From assembly GCA_019637335.1 (NCBI GenBank), contig JAHBVV010000004.1, positions 80,471 to 144,470 of the forward strand: a DNA stretch of 64,000 nt, written 5' to 3'. The translations under genes and the position numbers were made by a program. This stretch comes from Candidatus Hydrogenedentota bacterium (GTDB lineage Bacteria; Hydrogenedentota; Hydrogenedentia; Hydrogenedentales; JAEUWI01). The stretch's first letter is position 1. Each line of letters opens with the position of its first letter. The notes below the pieces were generated by a model, which saw only the letters and a list, made by a program, of their open reading frames with translations, ran no database searches and was not told the DNA's origin. Of the stretch, positions 1-9,344 are shown in pieces.

Positions 1-799
1 CAACGAAGCCAAGGAACTGGCGGGGTGCGCGCAACACCGCGCCGATGGAGGGGCTCACGCCGGGTTTGGCGTAGTCGATCAGGTAGAGCTGGATCACGAG
101 CAGGCCGGCGGCGATCCAGAGCAGGCTGTAGATGATACGCGCCTCGCGGGCGATTCCCGGGCGCAGAAGAACGAGCGGCGCGAGCGCGATCCAGGCGAGG
201 AGCCCGTTCGCGAAGGAGAAAGACGCGACAACGACAGCGAATATGGACGCCGCAAAGCGCAGCGGGGTGAGCTGCGGGCCGGAGAGCAGGAGCGCGGCGA
301 ACACGACGGCGGCGACGTTCAGAAAGACGTGAATCTGCCAGCCCCAGATCCAGTTTTCCATTTGCGCCCAGGAATAGACGAGGAAGGCGAATAGCGGAAT
401 CAACCACCAGGGCCGTTCGCCCGGTGGGAAGGGGAGCCACGCCGCGCGCGCGAGCAGCAGCAGGGTGGCGGTGGCCAGCAGGACATTGGCGGCGAGCTCC
501 CAGGCCACATTCCAACCGCTCAGCGATGCGAGGGCATACATGACCAGGCGCGGAAAGACGGAACGATGCTCGTTGTGTTGCGCCCAGAAATCGGCGAGGC
601 CCACGCCCTCGCCCGCGGCCTTTTCGAGGAACAGGGCGAAGTGCCAGGCGTCCCAATAGGGGAAGTAGAGGCCGTAGTGGTAGAGCTTGTAGAGGAGCGC
701 CAGGGCGGGCAATGCGGCGAGGCCCAGGCACACGGCTATCATCGTGCGGCTCCCGCCGCGGCGGGCCGTGTCGGAGCCTTCCCGGGATTCACCGGTCAT
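1..799 (-). CDS. integral membrane protein with many TM helices, N-terminal ~266 aa only (start at ATG 797-799; the C-terminal part of the gene runs past the window edge). Possibly a membrane glycosyltransferase (ArnT/PMT-like).
   Basis: Manual minus-strand translation from ATG 797-799 is stop-free and strongly hydrophobic (MTGESREG...MIAVCLGLAALPALALLYKLYHYGLYFPYWDAWHFALFLEKAAGEG...WGWQIHVFLNVAAVVFAALLL...). It is absent from the ORF track because there is no stop codon inside the window. Confidence 0.45.
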   Translation of the reverse strand, partial: MTGESREGSDTARRGGSRTMIAVCLGLAALPALALLYKLYHYGLYFPYWDAWHFALFLEKAAGEGVGLADFWAQHNEHRSVFPRLVMYALASLSGWNVAWELAANVLLATATLLLLARAAWLPFPPGERPWWLIPLFAFLVYSWAQMENWIWGWQIHVFLNVAAVVFAALLLSGPQLTPLRFAASIFAVVVASFSFANGLLAWIALAPLVLLRPGIAREARIIYSLLWIAAGLLVIQLYLIDYAKPGVSPSIGAVLRAPRQFLGFV

Positions 800-806
800 C
801 GCGCGA

Positions 807-1490
807 TTAGTCCGACGTCTTTTCAAAGATGAACAGGTGTTGCGTGGGCAGGAATTCGTGGCGCTTGAGGAGCCGGAACCCGGCGGGCTCCCACTCCCGG
901 AGGACCTGTTCCACCGACATGCGGTGGTCGCGCTTGATGTGGGCGGCGGATTCGCCGAGGAGCCGGTACTCCACCAGCGCAACGCGCCCGCCGGGCTTCA
1001 GGGCGGCGCGCATTTTCTCCAGCATGGCGACGGGCTCCTGGAATTCGTGGTAGGCGTCCACGAGGAGAATCCAGTCGATGGCGCCCTCCGGCAGTTTCGG
1101 ATCGTCGGGGTCGCCGAGAATGATCTCGACATTGGTGACGCCTTCCTTCCGGCAATTCTCCGCGAGGATCGCGTTCATTTCCGGCTGGATGTCGACCCCG
1201 TAGGCCGTGCCCCCAGGAAGGACGGCGCGCGCGAGACGGCGGGTGAAATAGCCGGAACCGGACCCGATGTCGGCCACTTTATCGCCCGGCTGGAGGCGCA
1301 TGGCGGCGATAACGCGATCGGGCTGCTCGATGGCTTCGCGATCGTCGCGTTCGAGCCAGTCGGCGCCGAGGTAGCTCATGACCTGCGCGGGTATGCGAAG
1401 GTGCCCGTGTTCATCGCCGGGGCTACGGGTATCCTGGGCGGTGGCGAGGAGGGCCAAGGCAATGGTGGCAATGAAGAGGACGCTTCTCAT
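807..1490 (-). CDS. class I SAM-dependent methyltransferase with N-terminal signal peptide
   Basis: ORF 807..1601(-). Internal Met MRSVLFIATIALALLATAQD looks like a signal peptide. Motif I of the SAM-binding fold is DIGSGSGYFT, with the acidic motif VDIQPEM after it. The long + strand ORF 744..1652 is its antisense shadow. Confidence 0.8.
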   Translation of the reverse strand: MRSVLFIATIALALLATAQDTRSPGDEHGHLRIPAQVMSYLGADWLERDDREAIEQPDRVIAAMRLQPGDKVADIGSGSGYFTRRLARAVLPGGTAYGVDIQPEMNAILAENCRKEGVTNVEIILGDPDDPKLPEGAIDWILLVDAYHEFQEPVAMLEKMRAALKPGGRVALVEYRLLGESAAHIKRDHRMSVEQVLREWEPAGFRLLKRHEFLPTQHLFIFEKTSD

Positions 1491-1680
1491 GGTGCAGGCT
1501 CCTGTGATCGCGATGAAGCCGCCATTGTGGGCAACGAGTGGGGAGATTGCAAGTGGCACAAAGGATATCAAGCCATCCAAGAACCCACCTCCGCGTTTCA
1601 CCGTCTACTTTTCGCTCTCAGCTGCATTGTATCGGTGAGCGGGATGAATTGAGATTGTCCCATTCTCGGGACTCCCCTAA

Positions 1681-1974
1681 CTACAATCGATCCAGCCAGT
1701 AGCTTGGACGGCGGCTTTGATGCGCGACAGCAAGAACTTGGAGGCGGGAAGCTGTTCGTCGGTAGATTATCGAGAAAGGAAACCTTTTCATCGCCACCCG
1801 CCGTATATCAGGTTCTATCTCTATCGGATACAAATCAGGTGAACGGGTCACGATCTCCATTGCGCCTTCAAACTCGTCCAGAAAGGCCAAACCGATACCG
1901 GGTCTCCGAAACTCGTAGAAGGCGATGGCTTCCAAATACTCAAGCTCCGCAGCGGTATGGAACTCATAACTCAT
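1681..1974 (-). CDS. parE: type II toxin, ParE/RelE family
   Basis: 97 aa. Motifs FSIIYRR...LQVLAVAHQSRRPSYW are typical of ParE plasmid-stabilisation toxins. Overlaps the upstream antitoxin gene by 4 bp. Confidence 0.8.
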   Translation of the reverse strand: MSYEFHTAAELEYLEAIAFYEFRRPGIGLAFLDEFEGAMEIVTRSPDLYPIEIEPDIRRVAMKRFPFSIIYRRTASRLQVLAVAHQSRRPSYWLDRL

Positions 1975-2195
1975 CGCAAAAGGGACCGCGCCTTGCGCCT
2001 GACTTCCTCCGCCGGTACGGCTTGAACGGTCCCGTCATCGAGTTCTTGAGCGCGACGGCGCGCTTCGGCCAGCCAATCACCCAACACTTCGCCGGGAGCC
2101 GGAGAATCAAGACTGAGCAGCAGTTTCTGGGCCAACGCCGCACGCTCATCAGGCGTCAGATGGAGTGCTTCGACTTCAATTTGCTTTGCGTTCAT
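1971..2195 (-). CDS. antitoxin, putative addiction module component (TIGR02574-like)
   Basis: MNAKQIEVEALHLTPDERAALAQKLLLSLD...WLAEARRRAQELDDGTV...EEVRRKARSLL. ATG at 2193-2195 has an AAGGGA RBS 9 nt upstream. The track ORF begins earlier at a GTG. Confidence 0.7.
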   Translation of the reverse strand: MNAKQIEVEALHLTPDERAALAQKLLLSLDSPAPGEVLGDWLAEARRRAQELDDGTVQAVPAEEVRRKARSLLR

Positions 2196-2279
2196 GAGTG
2201 TAAGTCCCTTTGGCACATCCCGAATCACATCCACTCAATCTATGATATACCAAGCGGTACGAATCCCGCAGCCCCAAGT

Positions 2280-2453
2280 CTAGTCGGTCGCGCGCTGCCT
2301 CTTCGAATCCGCCGTCCGCGATTTCGGGCATTCGCCGCCGGCGCCGCAGCCGCAGCCCATGTTTTTGCCCTTCATCATGCGATACACGTAGCGGCCGAGG
2401 TACGCGACGGCGTAGAGGACGAACGCGGCGACGACGAGAGTCTGGAGGGCCAT
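2280..2453 (-). CDS. FeoB-associated Cys-rich membrane protein (small, 57 aa)
   Basis: Manual translation MALQTLVVAAFVLYAVAYLGRYVYRMMKGKNMGCGCGAGGECPKSRTADSKRQRATD: one TM helix followed by a CGCG...C motif. Start is 5 bp after the feoB stop. Below the 60-aa track cut-off. Confidence 0.6.
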   Translation of the reverse strand: MALQTLVVAAFVLYAVAYLGRYVYRMMKGKNMGCGCGAGGECPKSRTADSKRQRATD

Positions 2454-2457
2454 GGCG

Positions 2458-4656
2458 CTACCCTCCGAGGCCGGCCAAGGTGGCCAGTTGGTAGGTCACG
2501 AAAGCGCCCACATAGGCTATGGCCGTCATGTAGACGAACGTAAGCGCGGGCCAGCGCCATTGCCCGGTCTCGCGCTTGATGGTGGCGAGGGTGGCGGCGC
2601 ACTGGGCGCAGAGGGCGAAAAAGACCATGATGGACAGCGCGACGGCGATATTGAACAGCGGGCGGCCGTCGGGCCACGTGGCGCCGCGCAGGGTGGCCAC
2701 AAGTCCGGCGGACTCTTCATCTTCGTCCGCGCCGAGGTTGAACAGGGTGCCGAGGGTGGCCACGATGATCTCGCGCGCGGGGAAGCTCGCGATGGTGGCG
2801 GTGGCGATGCGCCAGTCCCAGCCGAGCGGCAGGAAAATGGGTTCGACCCAGTGCCCGGCGCGCCCGAGGATGCTGTTTTGCAGGTAGGCGCCGGCTTCCA
2901 GATTGCCGAGGTGGGCGAGCTGCTCGTCCAGCGCCTCCCCGCTGAGCCCGGAGGCCCGGACTTCGGCGCGCCGGGCGTCAAAGTCCTCGGCGATCGATGC
3001 GGAGCGCGGGAAGTAGGCCAGGGCCCAAACCAGGATGGTGACCGCGAAGATCAGTGTGCCCGCGCGGACGATAAATTCCTTGCCTTCGCGGTAGACCTTC
3101 TTGGCGACCGTGCCGGGCTGGGGCGCCTTGTACGACGGCATTTCGAGGATGAACGGGGGCTTTTCGCCCTTGAAGATGGTTTTCTTGAAGAGCCACGCCA
3201 TGGGCACTGCCACGCCGACGCCGACGCCGTACATCAGAAAAAGGACAAGCGCGGGCAGGGTAAAGAGGCCGCCGAGAATGGGGGTGTCGGGGAAAAACGC
3301 GCCGATCATGATGACGTAGACCGGGAGGCGGGCCGAGCAACTCATGAGCGGGGCGACGAGGATCGTGGTGAAGCGATCGCGGCGATCGTGGATGGTGCGG
3401 GTGGCCATGATGCCGGGGATCGCGCAGGCGAAACTCGATAGCATCGGGATGAAGGACTGGCCGCTGAGGCCGCACCAGCCGAGGAGCTTGTCCATGAGGA
3501 AGGCGGCGCGGGCCATGTAGCCGCAGTCTTCGAGCACCGCGATAAACAGGCTTAACAGGAGGATCTGTGGAAGGAAGATGAGCACGCTGCCGACGCCCGC
3601 GATGATCCCGTCCATTAACAGGCTCTGGAGCATCCCTTCGGGCAGGAAGCCGCCGGCCCATTCGCCGAGCGCGCCGAATGCGCCGTCGACCAGATCCATG
3701 ACGGGGCCCGCCCAGGAGTAGATCGACTGGAAGACGACGAGCATGATGCCCAGGAAGATGGCCGACCCGAAAAAGCGGTGGGTGAGGAAGTTATCGATGT
3801 GCTCGGAGCGGCTGCGGCGGCGCGTGGCGGGCCGGGTGAGCGAGGCGGCGAGGATGCCTTTGACCCAGGTGTACCGGGCCCGGGCCTCCTGGGCGGCCAG
3901 GCTGTTGCTCCCGTTGCACAACGCGGCCTGGCGGTATTCTTCGAGCGTTGCGCGGAAACCGCTCCCGAGCTGGCGGAGCAGGCGTTTCTCGGCGTAGCCG
4001 CCCTGATCGATCAGGATGCGGCTGACTTCCGGCGCGGGGACCGCGCGGCCGAGGCGGCCCTTCTGCTCCTGCAACACGGCGGAAAGCGCCTCGACGGCCC
4101 GCACCTGGGATTCGGGAACGACGCAGAGGTCGCAGGGGGCCTTGAGGTCGCCCTGATACAGGGCGAGGATCGCCTTGCGCAATTCGTCGATCCCCTGGCG
4201 CTTGTGCGCGCAAATGGGTACGACGGGCGCGCCGATCGCCTTGGAGAAGGCGTCAAAGTTAATTTCGAAGCCCCGCCGTTTGGCGATGTCCATCATGTTG
4301 AGGGCGACGATGAAGGGCTTGTTCAACTCGACGATCTGGGAGAGGAAATAGAGGTTGCGCTCGAGGTTCGAGGCGTCCAGCACTATGACGATCCCGTCGA
4401 TGGGGTTTTCATCTTTCCGCTGGCCGAGAAGCACGTCGGCGACGATGATTTCGTCGGGCGAGCGCGCGGCGAGGCTGTAGGCGCCGGGGAGATCGGCCAG
4501 TTCGACCTTGATCTCGCCGAGATGAATCGTGCCGTGGGTTCGGCTGACGGTGACGCCGGCGTAGTTGCCGGTCGTTTGAGAAAGGCCGGTGAGCGCGTTG
4601 AAAACGGCGGTCTTCCCCACGTTCGGGTTGCCGACCAGGGCCAATGTGGTGGGCAT
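2458..4656 (-). CDS. feoB: ferrous iron transport protein B
   Basis: 732 aa. N-terminal G-protein domain (LVGNPNVGKTAVFNALTG ... DLPGAYSL) followed by a large polytopic membrane domain. Confidence 0.95.
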   Translation of the reverse strand: MPTTLALVGNPNVGKTAVFNALTGLSQTTGNYAGVTVSRTHGTIHLGEIKVELADLPGAYSLAARSPDEIIVADVLLGQRKDENPIDGIVIVLDASNLERNLYFLSQIVELNKPFIVALNMMDIAKRRGFEINFDAFSKAIGAPVVPICAHKRQGIDELRKAILALYQGDLKAPCDLCVVPESQVRAVEALSAVLQEQKGRLGRAVPAPEVSRILIDQGGYAEKRLLRQLGSGFRATLEEYRQAALCNGSNSLAAQEARARYTWVKGILAASLTRPATRRRSRSEHIDNFLTHRFFGSAIFLGIMLVVFQSIYSWAGPVMDLVDGAFGALGEWAGGFLPEGMLQSLLMDGIIAGVGSVLIFLPQILLLSLFIAVLEDCGYMARAAFLMDKLLGWCGLSGQSFIPMLSSFACAIPGIMATRTIHDRRDRFTTILVAPLMSCSARLPVYVIMIGAFFPDTPILGGLFTLPALVLFLMYGVGVGVAVPMAWLFKKTIFKGEKPPFILEMPSYKAPQPGTVAKKVYREGKEFIVRAGTLIFAVTILVWALAYFPRSASIAEDFDARRAEVRASGLSGEALDEQLAHLGNLEAGAYLQNSILGRAGHWVEPIFLPLGWDWRIATATIASFPAREIIVATLGTLFNLGADEDEESAGLVATLRGATWPDGRPLFNIAVALSIMVFFALCAQCAATLATIKRETGQWRWPALTFVYMTAIAYVGAFVTYQLATLAGLGG

Positions 4657-4883
4657 TACTTACTTTCGAGTTGTACCAGCGCCGCCTCGGACTTGCGAAG
4701 CGTAAGGTGAAAACCCCGGACAAAGATCTCCATCGGATCGCCCAGGGGCGCATAGCGGAGCACTTCCACCTCGGCGCCGTCGGAGACGCCCATCTCAAGC
4801 AGGCGCTGCTGCGTGTCCCCCAGGCCCCGCAGGCCGGCCACCACGCCGGATTCTTTCGGCTTTAACTGATCAAGTGTCTGCAT
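4656..4883 (-). CDS. feoA: ferrous iron transport protein A
   Basis: 75 aa SH3-like FeoA (LDQLKPKESGVVAGLRG...GVSDGAEVEVLRYAPLGDPMEI). Start/stop overlap with feoB. Confidence 0.85.
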   Translation of the reverse strand: MQTLDQLKPKESGVVAGLRGLGDTQQRLLEMGVSDGAEVEVLRYAPLGDPMEIFVRGFHLTLRKSEAALVQLESK

Positions 4884-4968
4884 TTCCCATCACCTCGGCC
4901 GCCGGAACGCGCGCCGCGCGCCCGGGCCGCCGTACTGTTGGCGCGCGCCGGAGGAACCACAATCGGGG

Positions 4969-5559
4969 TCAGGCCGAACCGACCGACCCCGTTTCCACCA
5001 GGCACTCGCCGGAATCCCCGCAAATGGGGCACTCGGACTGGCCGTGCGGGCCGCAGCCGCCGTCGTAGGACTGCATGCGCTCGCGCACCTTCACGGCAAG
5101 CTCTTCTTCACTCAAGAGATACTTCATGAGCCAGAGCAGGCGCTGGCCCGTCTCCATGCTCATGAGATGTTCCATCTTACAGGCGTCACCCAGCGCGGTA
5201 TCCTTTTCCACGCGGAGCACCCGCTCGAAAAACTTCGAGAGAATGACGTAATTGTGCTCCACGAGATTGGCGATGCGCTCGCCCTCTTCGGTGAGGAGCA
5301 GGAATCGGTTGTGATCTTCGCCGACCCACCCGCGCTTCTTCAGCTGCGCCAGGGCCATGCTTGCGGCCCCGCGGGAAACCTCAAGGGTCTCCGCAACGTC
5401 CGTCGCGCGGGCGTATCCATACTCGGTTCGCAGGCTGTCGATCGCCATCAGGTAGTGCGCCATCGAGTGGGACAGCGGGTTGTTTTCGAATTCGCGCCAA
5501 TGGCTAGCGTCGTTCATTTCTTTTCCCATGTCGACGTGCTCCTTGTTCAGCAAGGCCAA
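4969..5559 (-). CDS. DtxR/MntR-family metal-dependent transcriptional regulator with extra Cys-rich C-terminus
   Basis: HTH, metal-binding and dimerisation segments (MAHYLMAIDSLR..., ATDVAETLEVSRGAASMALAQLKKRGWV). C-terminal CGPHGQSECPICGDSGEC. Sits upstream of feoAB on the same strand. Alternative start MGKEMND at 5529. Confidence 0.8.
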   Translation of the reverse strand: MALLNKEHVDMGKEMNDASHWREFENNPLSHSMAHYLMAIDSLRTEYGYARATDVAETLEVSRGAASMALAQLKKRGWVGEDHNRFLLLTEEGERIANLVEHNYVILSKFFERVLRVEKDTALGDACKMEHLMSMETGQRLLWLMKYLLSEEELAVKVRERMQSYDGGCGPHGQSECPICGDSGECLVETGSVGSA

Positions 5560-5694
5560 CTTTCATCGCAGGGCCATTCTACCACGCTCAGCGGGGTAAT
5601 CCAACAATCGATCGGTCCGCCGGTCAGATTGCAGGGGCGGCTGAGCGCGGCTCAGCGACCCGGGAGATCGCTTGCCACAAGGAGAGCTTGTAAT

Positions 5695-5735
5695 CAGAGT
5701 TTACCATGCGATTTGCGCACAAGTCAACAGTTCAG
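5695..5735 (-). promoter_or_regulatory. putative sigma70-type promoter for the dtxR-feoAB operon
   Basis: Minus strand reads TTGACT-N18-TAAACT (revcomp of 5690-5735), upstream of the regulator gene. Confidence 0.3.
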
Positions 5736-5792
5736 GATACTAAGCATCGGACTCGCCCGCATTGAGCGCCGCGATTCCCGCATCGAACGACG

Positions 5793-6617
5793 TCACGCGA
5801 CCGGCGGGCGCTCGAGGGTCAGTCCCCCATACCCCACCACCCGGCTGGAATCGCCGCTTGCCCGCCCGCTGGTCCGGTAATCCCACAAATGCCGATCGGT
5901 TGCCCGGGCCAGGTTGGCGGCCCGGAGCGCCGTGAGGACGGCGGCGGCCCCACACATGGAGCAGGCCTGATCGCGGAAGCCCCGGCGCAGGTATTCTGGA
6001 TCGCCGGCAACGACACGCCCCAGGGATTCCCGGTCGATTACATTGGCTTCGGATTCGGAGAGAAAGTGAGACAGATCGGTGGAGGCGACCACCAAGTCGC
6101 CTGGATCGAGATGCCGGGCGAGAAACGCGGCGAGTTCCTCGTTGGAATCTTCCAGCCCCCCGCCGAGCAGGACGGGCACGATGGAGAAACCGGGGCCGAG
6201 CACATGCTGGAGGAAGGGCAACTCCACTTCGAGCGCATGTTCGGGATCGTGGGCGTCGGCCCGATGCGTGCCGAAGGCGCCGACGAGGCGATCCGCGAAG
6301 GCCTCGTCAATCGGAACGGCGCCGAGCGGCGTCTCCCACTGTCCGCGGTTCGCAATCGAAAGGCCGGGGAAACGGAAGTAGTGGGAAGGCCCGAGGATGA
6401 CAACGCGGCGCGGGCGCATGCCGAGGAGGCGGCGGAAGGCGTGGCCCGCGGTCGCCCCGGAGTAGGGATAGCCGGCGTGGGGCGCGATCACGGCCATCAC
6501 GCGGTCCGGTTGCGGGGCAACGTCCGCGTCGCCGACGTAGCGCTGCACCGTGTCGTGAAGGACGTCGGGCGCGCCGGGATAGAAGCGCCCGGCGACGGCG
6601 GGGCGGCGTGTTTGCAT
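5793..6617 (-). CDS. MEMO1-family protein (AmmeMemoRadiSam system protein B-like)
   Basis: Start MQTRRPAVAGRFYPGAP with GGAG RBS. Motifs VIAPHAGYPYSG and GPSHY are typical of Memo-like proteins. The track ORF is extended upstream by 76 spurious codons. Confidence 0.8.
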   Translation of the reverse strand: MQTRRPAVAGRFYPGAPDVLHDTVQRYVGDADVAPQPDRVMAVIAPHAGYPYSGATAGHAFRRLLGMRPRRVVILGPSHYFRFPGLSIANRGQWETPLGAVPIDEAFADRLVGAFGTHRADAHDPEHALEVELPFLQHVLGPGFSIVPVLLGGGLEDSNEELAAFLARHLDPGDLVVASTDLSHFLSESEANVIDRESLGRVVAGDPEYLRRGFRDQACSMCGAAAVLTALRAANLARATDRHLWDYRTSGRASGDSSRVVGYGGLTLERPPVA

Positions 6618-6783
6618 GGGTAATCTCCTGGTGCTTCTCCTCGTTTCAGTGTACACCGTTGACCTGAAAACCGGTAGTCCGGCGGCGAAAAATGGCGCGG
6701 CGCATTGAATCCGGCGGCGGCATCCCGGTATGCTCCCGACGAGTTCCCCCCTCTCCCCGGCGGCCAACCATAGGAAAAAGCCC

Positions 6784-7551
6784 ATGCTGACGGTCTTGTC
6801 CTGGAATGTGAACGGCATGCGGGCCGTGGTGAAAAACGGCTTCATGGACTGGTTTAAACAAGCGCAGCCCGACGTCCTGTGCCTTCAGGAGTCGCGCGCG
6901 CTGCCGGCGGATCTGGAGGAGGAGGTGTTGCGCCCCGCGGGCTACACGAGCTACTTCAATCCGGCGGAAAAGAAAGGCTACAGCGGTACGGCGGCCTATG
7001 TCCGCGAGGGGCTTACGGTGCATGCGGCGGGGCCGGCGGGGATCCCGCGCTTTGACGCGGAGGGCCGGATTCAGGTGCTGGAGCTGGATGAATTCACGAT
7101 CTTGAACGGATACTGGCCCAACAGCCAGGCGGAGCGGGCCCGTCTCGACTACAAGCTCGATTATTGCAAGACGATTACCCGTCTGGCGAATAAACTGGTG
7201 AAAGAGGGGCGGAACGTGGTGCTGTGCGGGGACATGAACATCGCGCACACGGCGATTGATCTGGCGCGCCCGAAGGACAATGAGAACAACGCCGGCTACT
7301 ACATTGAAGAGCGCGAGGCGATGACCCGGATTCTCAAACTCGGCTACGCCGACACCTTCCGCCACTTCCACCCGGAGCCGGGGCAATACAGCTGGTGGTC
7401 CTACCGGGCCCGGGCGCGCGAGAAAAACATCGGCTGGAGAATTGACTACCACCTGGTTAACCAGGCGTTCCTACCCCGGATCCAGAGCGCATTTATCCTG
7501 CAGGACGTGATGGGATCCGACCACTGTCCCGTAGGCATTACCATCGCCTGA
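6784..7551 (+). CDS. xth: exodeoxyribonuclease III
   Basis: MLTVLSWNVNGMRA...LCLQE...GYWPNSQ...WSYRARAREKNIGWRIDY...SDHCPV: ExoIII/AP-endonuclease family motifs. Confidence 0.9.
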   Translation: MLTVLSWNVNGMRAVVKNGFMDWFKQAQPDVLCLQESRALPADLEEEVLRPAGYTSYFNPAEKKGYSGTAAYVREGLTVHAAGPAGIPRFDAEGRIQVLELDEFTILNGYWPNSQAERARLDYKLDYCKTITRLANKLVKEGRNVVLCGDMNIAHTAIDLARPKDNENNAGYYIEEREAMTRILKLGYADTFRHFHPEPGQYSWWSYRARAREKNIGWRIDYHLVNQAFLPRIQSAFILQDVMGSDHCPVGITIA

Positions 7552-7572
7552 CGGCGCCGAAGGAGAAGACGG

Positions 7573-8169
7573 ATGACCTCGCCCGTAACCACCAAACGCG
7601 GTGACCGCGGCACGACCATGACGCTGGGCGACCAGCGCCTCCCCAAGTCCCACCCGATTCTGGAGGCTACCGGGCGCGTGGACGCGTTGCGCGCGCGAAC
7701 CGCGCTATTGCGGCTCCGGATCCTGGAGCGCGGCGACGCATCACAGAAGGAAGTGGCCGAGCCCCTTTTCTGGCTGCTTCACTGCTACTTTCTGATCGGG
7801 ACCGCGGTGAACGACCCGGAATGCGTGCACCCGGAATACCGCCGGGGCGACTTGGACGGCGGACACCTCGCCCACCTGGAGGCGATCCAGACGGCGCTGG
7901 AGGCCCGAATCACCCTGCCGCGCTCGTTCATCGTGTCGGCCTCCAACGAAATCGCGGCCGAGGCGGACATCACGGCCACCGTGGCGCGGGACCTCGAGCG
8001 ATCACTGGTCGCGCTGACGGAAGCGGTACCCGCTTTTGACGCCGAACTCATCCTGGCGTTCGTGAACCGCCTGAGCGACTTCTTCTACATCGTGGCGCGC
8101 TACCTCGAACAGGGCGCGCACATCCCGGTGGACTACGGCGTGCTCGATGCGCCGCCCGAGGTTTCCTGA
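7573..8169 (+). CDS. cob(I)yrinic acid a,c-diamide / ATP:cob(I)alamin adenosyltransferase, PduO type
   Basis: TKRGDRGTT N-terminal motif and overall PduO/MMAB-like helical sequence. GGAGAAG RBS before the ATG. Confidence 0.8.
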   Translation: MTSPVTTKRGDRGTTMTLGDQRLPKSHPILEATGRVDALRARTALLRLRILERGDASQKEVAEPLFWLLHCYFLIGTAVNDPECVHPEYRRGDLDGGHLAHLEAIQTALEARITLPRSFIVSASNEIAAEADITATVARDLERSLVALTEAVPAFDAELILAFVNRLSDFFYIVARYLEQGAHIPVDYGVLDAPPEVS

Positions 8170-8214
8170 CGGGCGCGGTTTCGGTATTGCCGATGCATTC
8201 CATGCGCTATGACG

Positions 8215-8395
8215 CGGGCCTTCAGCCCTCCATGCCTGGCGAATCCCTAATCCTGGGCCTTCGGCCCAGGCTGGCATGAAGCAGGCCTTCGGCCCTGAAT
8301 ACCATTTCTTCGGCGCCGAAGGTGCGGATCAAATCCGCCTGGGCCGGAGGCCCACAGGTCGAATGTCCACAATTTCAGCCAGGGCTGAAGGCACG
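8215..8395. repeat. cluster of short GC-rich hairpins forming a larger imperfect palindrome (REP-like)
   Basis: cctgggccttcggcccagg, aggccttcggccct and cttcggcgccgaag hairpins. Outer arms ggccttcagccct...agggctgaagg are inverted. Confidence 0.4.
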
Positions 8396-8469
8396 TATCA
8401 TCTCGGGTTTCCGGCGATCTGCATATGGGGGCTGTCGGTTTACTTAACTTGCCCTACACTATAGAAGGA

Positions 8470-9045
8470 ATGAGCAGGTCCGTCATCCCCGCGAACGCGG
8501 GGATCCAGCGACGCGAACGCACAAACCTCCGAATTCCACTGGATTCCCGCTTTCGCGGGAATGACGCCATAGGGCGTTAGCACAAAACTGTAGGAAATGC
8601 GCTCACCGCACACGTTAAATCGACAGCCCCGGACGCGGGGATCCAGCAACGCGAACGCACAAACCTCCGAATTTCGCTGGATTCCCGCGTTCGCGGGAAT
8701 GACGCTGTAGGGCGTTAGCACAAAATTGTAGGAAATGCGCTCACCGCACACGTTAAACCGACAGCCCCGGACGCGGGGATCCAGCAACGCGATCGCACAA
8801 ACCTCCGAATTCCGCTGGATTCCCGCGTTCGCGGGAATGACGCTGTAGGGCGTTAGCACAAAATTGTAGGTTTTGAGGCATCCGCACCAGTTAAACCGAC
8901 AGCCCCGGACGCGGGGATCCAGCAACGCGATCGCACAAACCTCCGAATTCCGCTGGATTCCCGTGTTCGCGGGAATGACGCTGTAGGGCGTTAGCACAAA
9001 ATTGTAGGTTTTGAAGCATCCGCACCAGCCAAACCGACAGCCCCT
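8470..9045. repeat. tandem repeat, ~137-bp unit x ~4.2 copies, each with a GTCATTCCCGCGAA(A/C)GCGGGAATCCAG-type hairpin
   Basis: Near-identical units start at ~8494, 8631, 8768 and 8905. The 222-aa ORF 8440..9108(-) with its reiterated YSVIPANAGIQRNSEVCA is only a translation of this array. Confidence 0.85.
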
Positions 9046-9344
9046 ATGGCGGGAATGCCATACTTCCCTGTAGTCCGCGGGCCGTACGGCCAGAACTGAA
9101 CCCAACATGACCCGGTCGCCGGGGCCTGTGCGCGCGGGCGGGGATTAGAGGCCGCGAATGAAATAGCGGATGTGGTTGCGCAGGATCTTCAGGTAGCTGA
9201 TGCTGTTGTACATGGGGTCTTCTCCCGGCCCGGCGGGCCTTATTCATTGAGGTATGCGTTACGTATCGTGTTAGCCGGAGGGCCCTCCGCCCGCGCCGGT
9301 CTGTTCGGCCCGGGCGGAGGCCTCCGTGTGATCGGCAATCTGTA

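Noticed and set aside
744-1652. 302-aa + strand ORF
   Set aside because: It is antisense to the convincing SAM-methyltransferase gene (807..1490 -). High-GC shadow ORF with no motifs.
2452-4710. 329-aa and 310-aa + strand ORFs
   Set aside because: They are antisense to feoB. Composition is Gly/Arg/Asp-rich GC shadow.
8440-9108. 222-aa ORF and possible CRISPR array
   Set aside because: The sequence is a 137-bp tandem repeat. Entire units are near-identical with no unique spacers, so it is not CRISPR. The protein is just the repeat translated.
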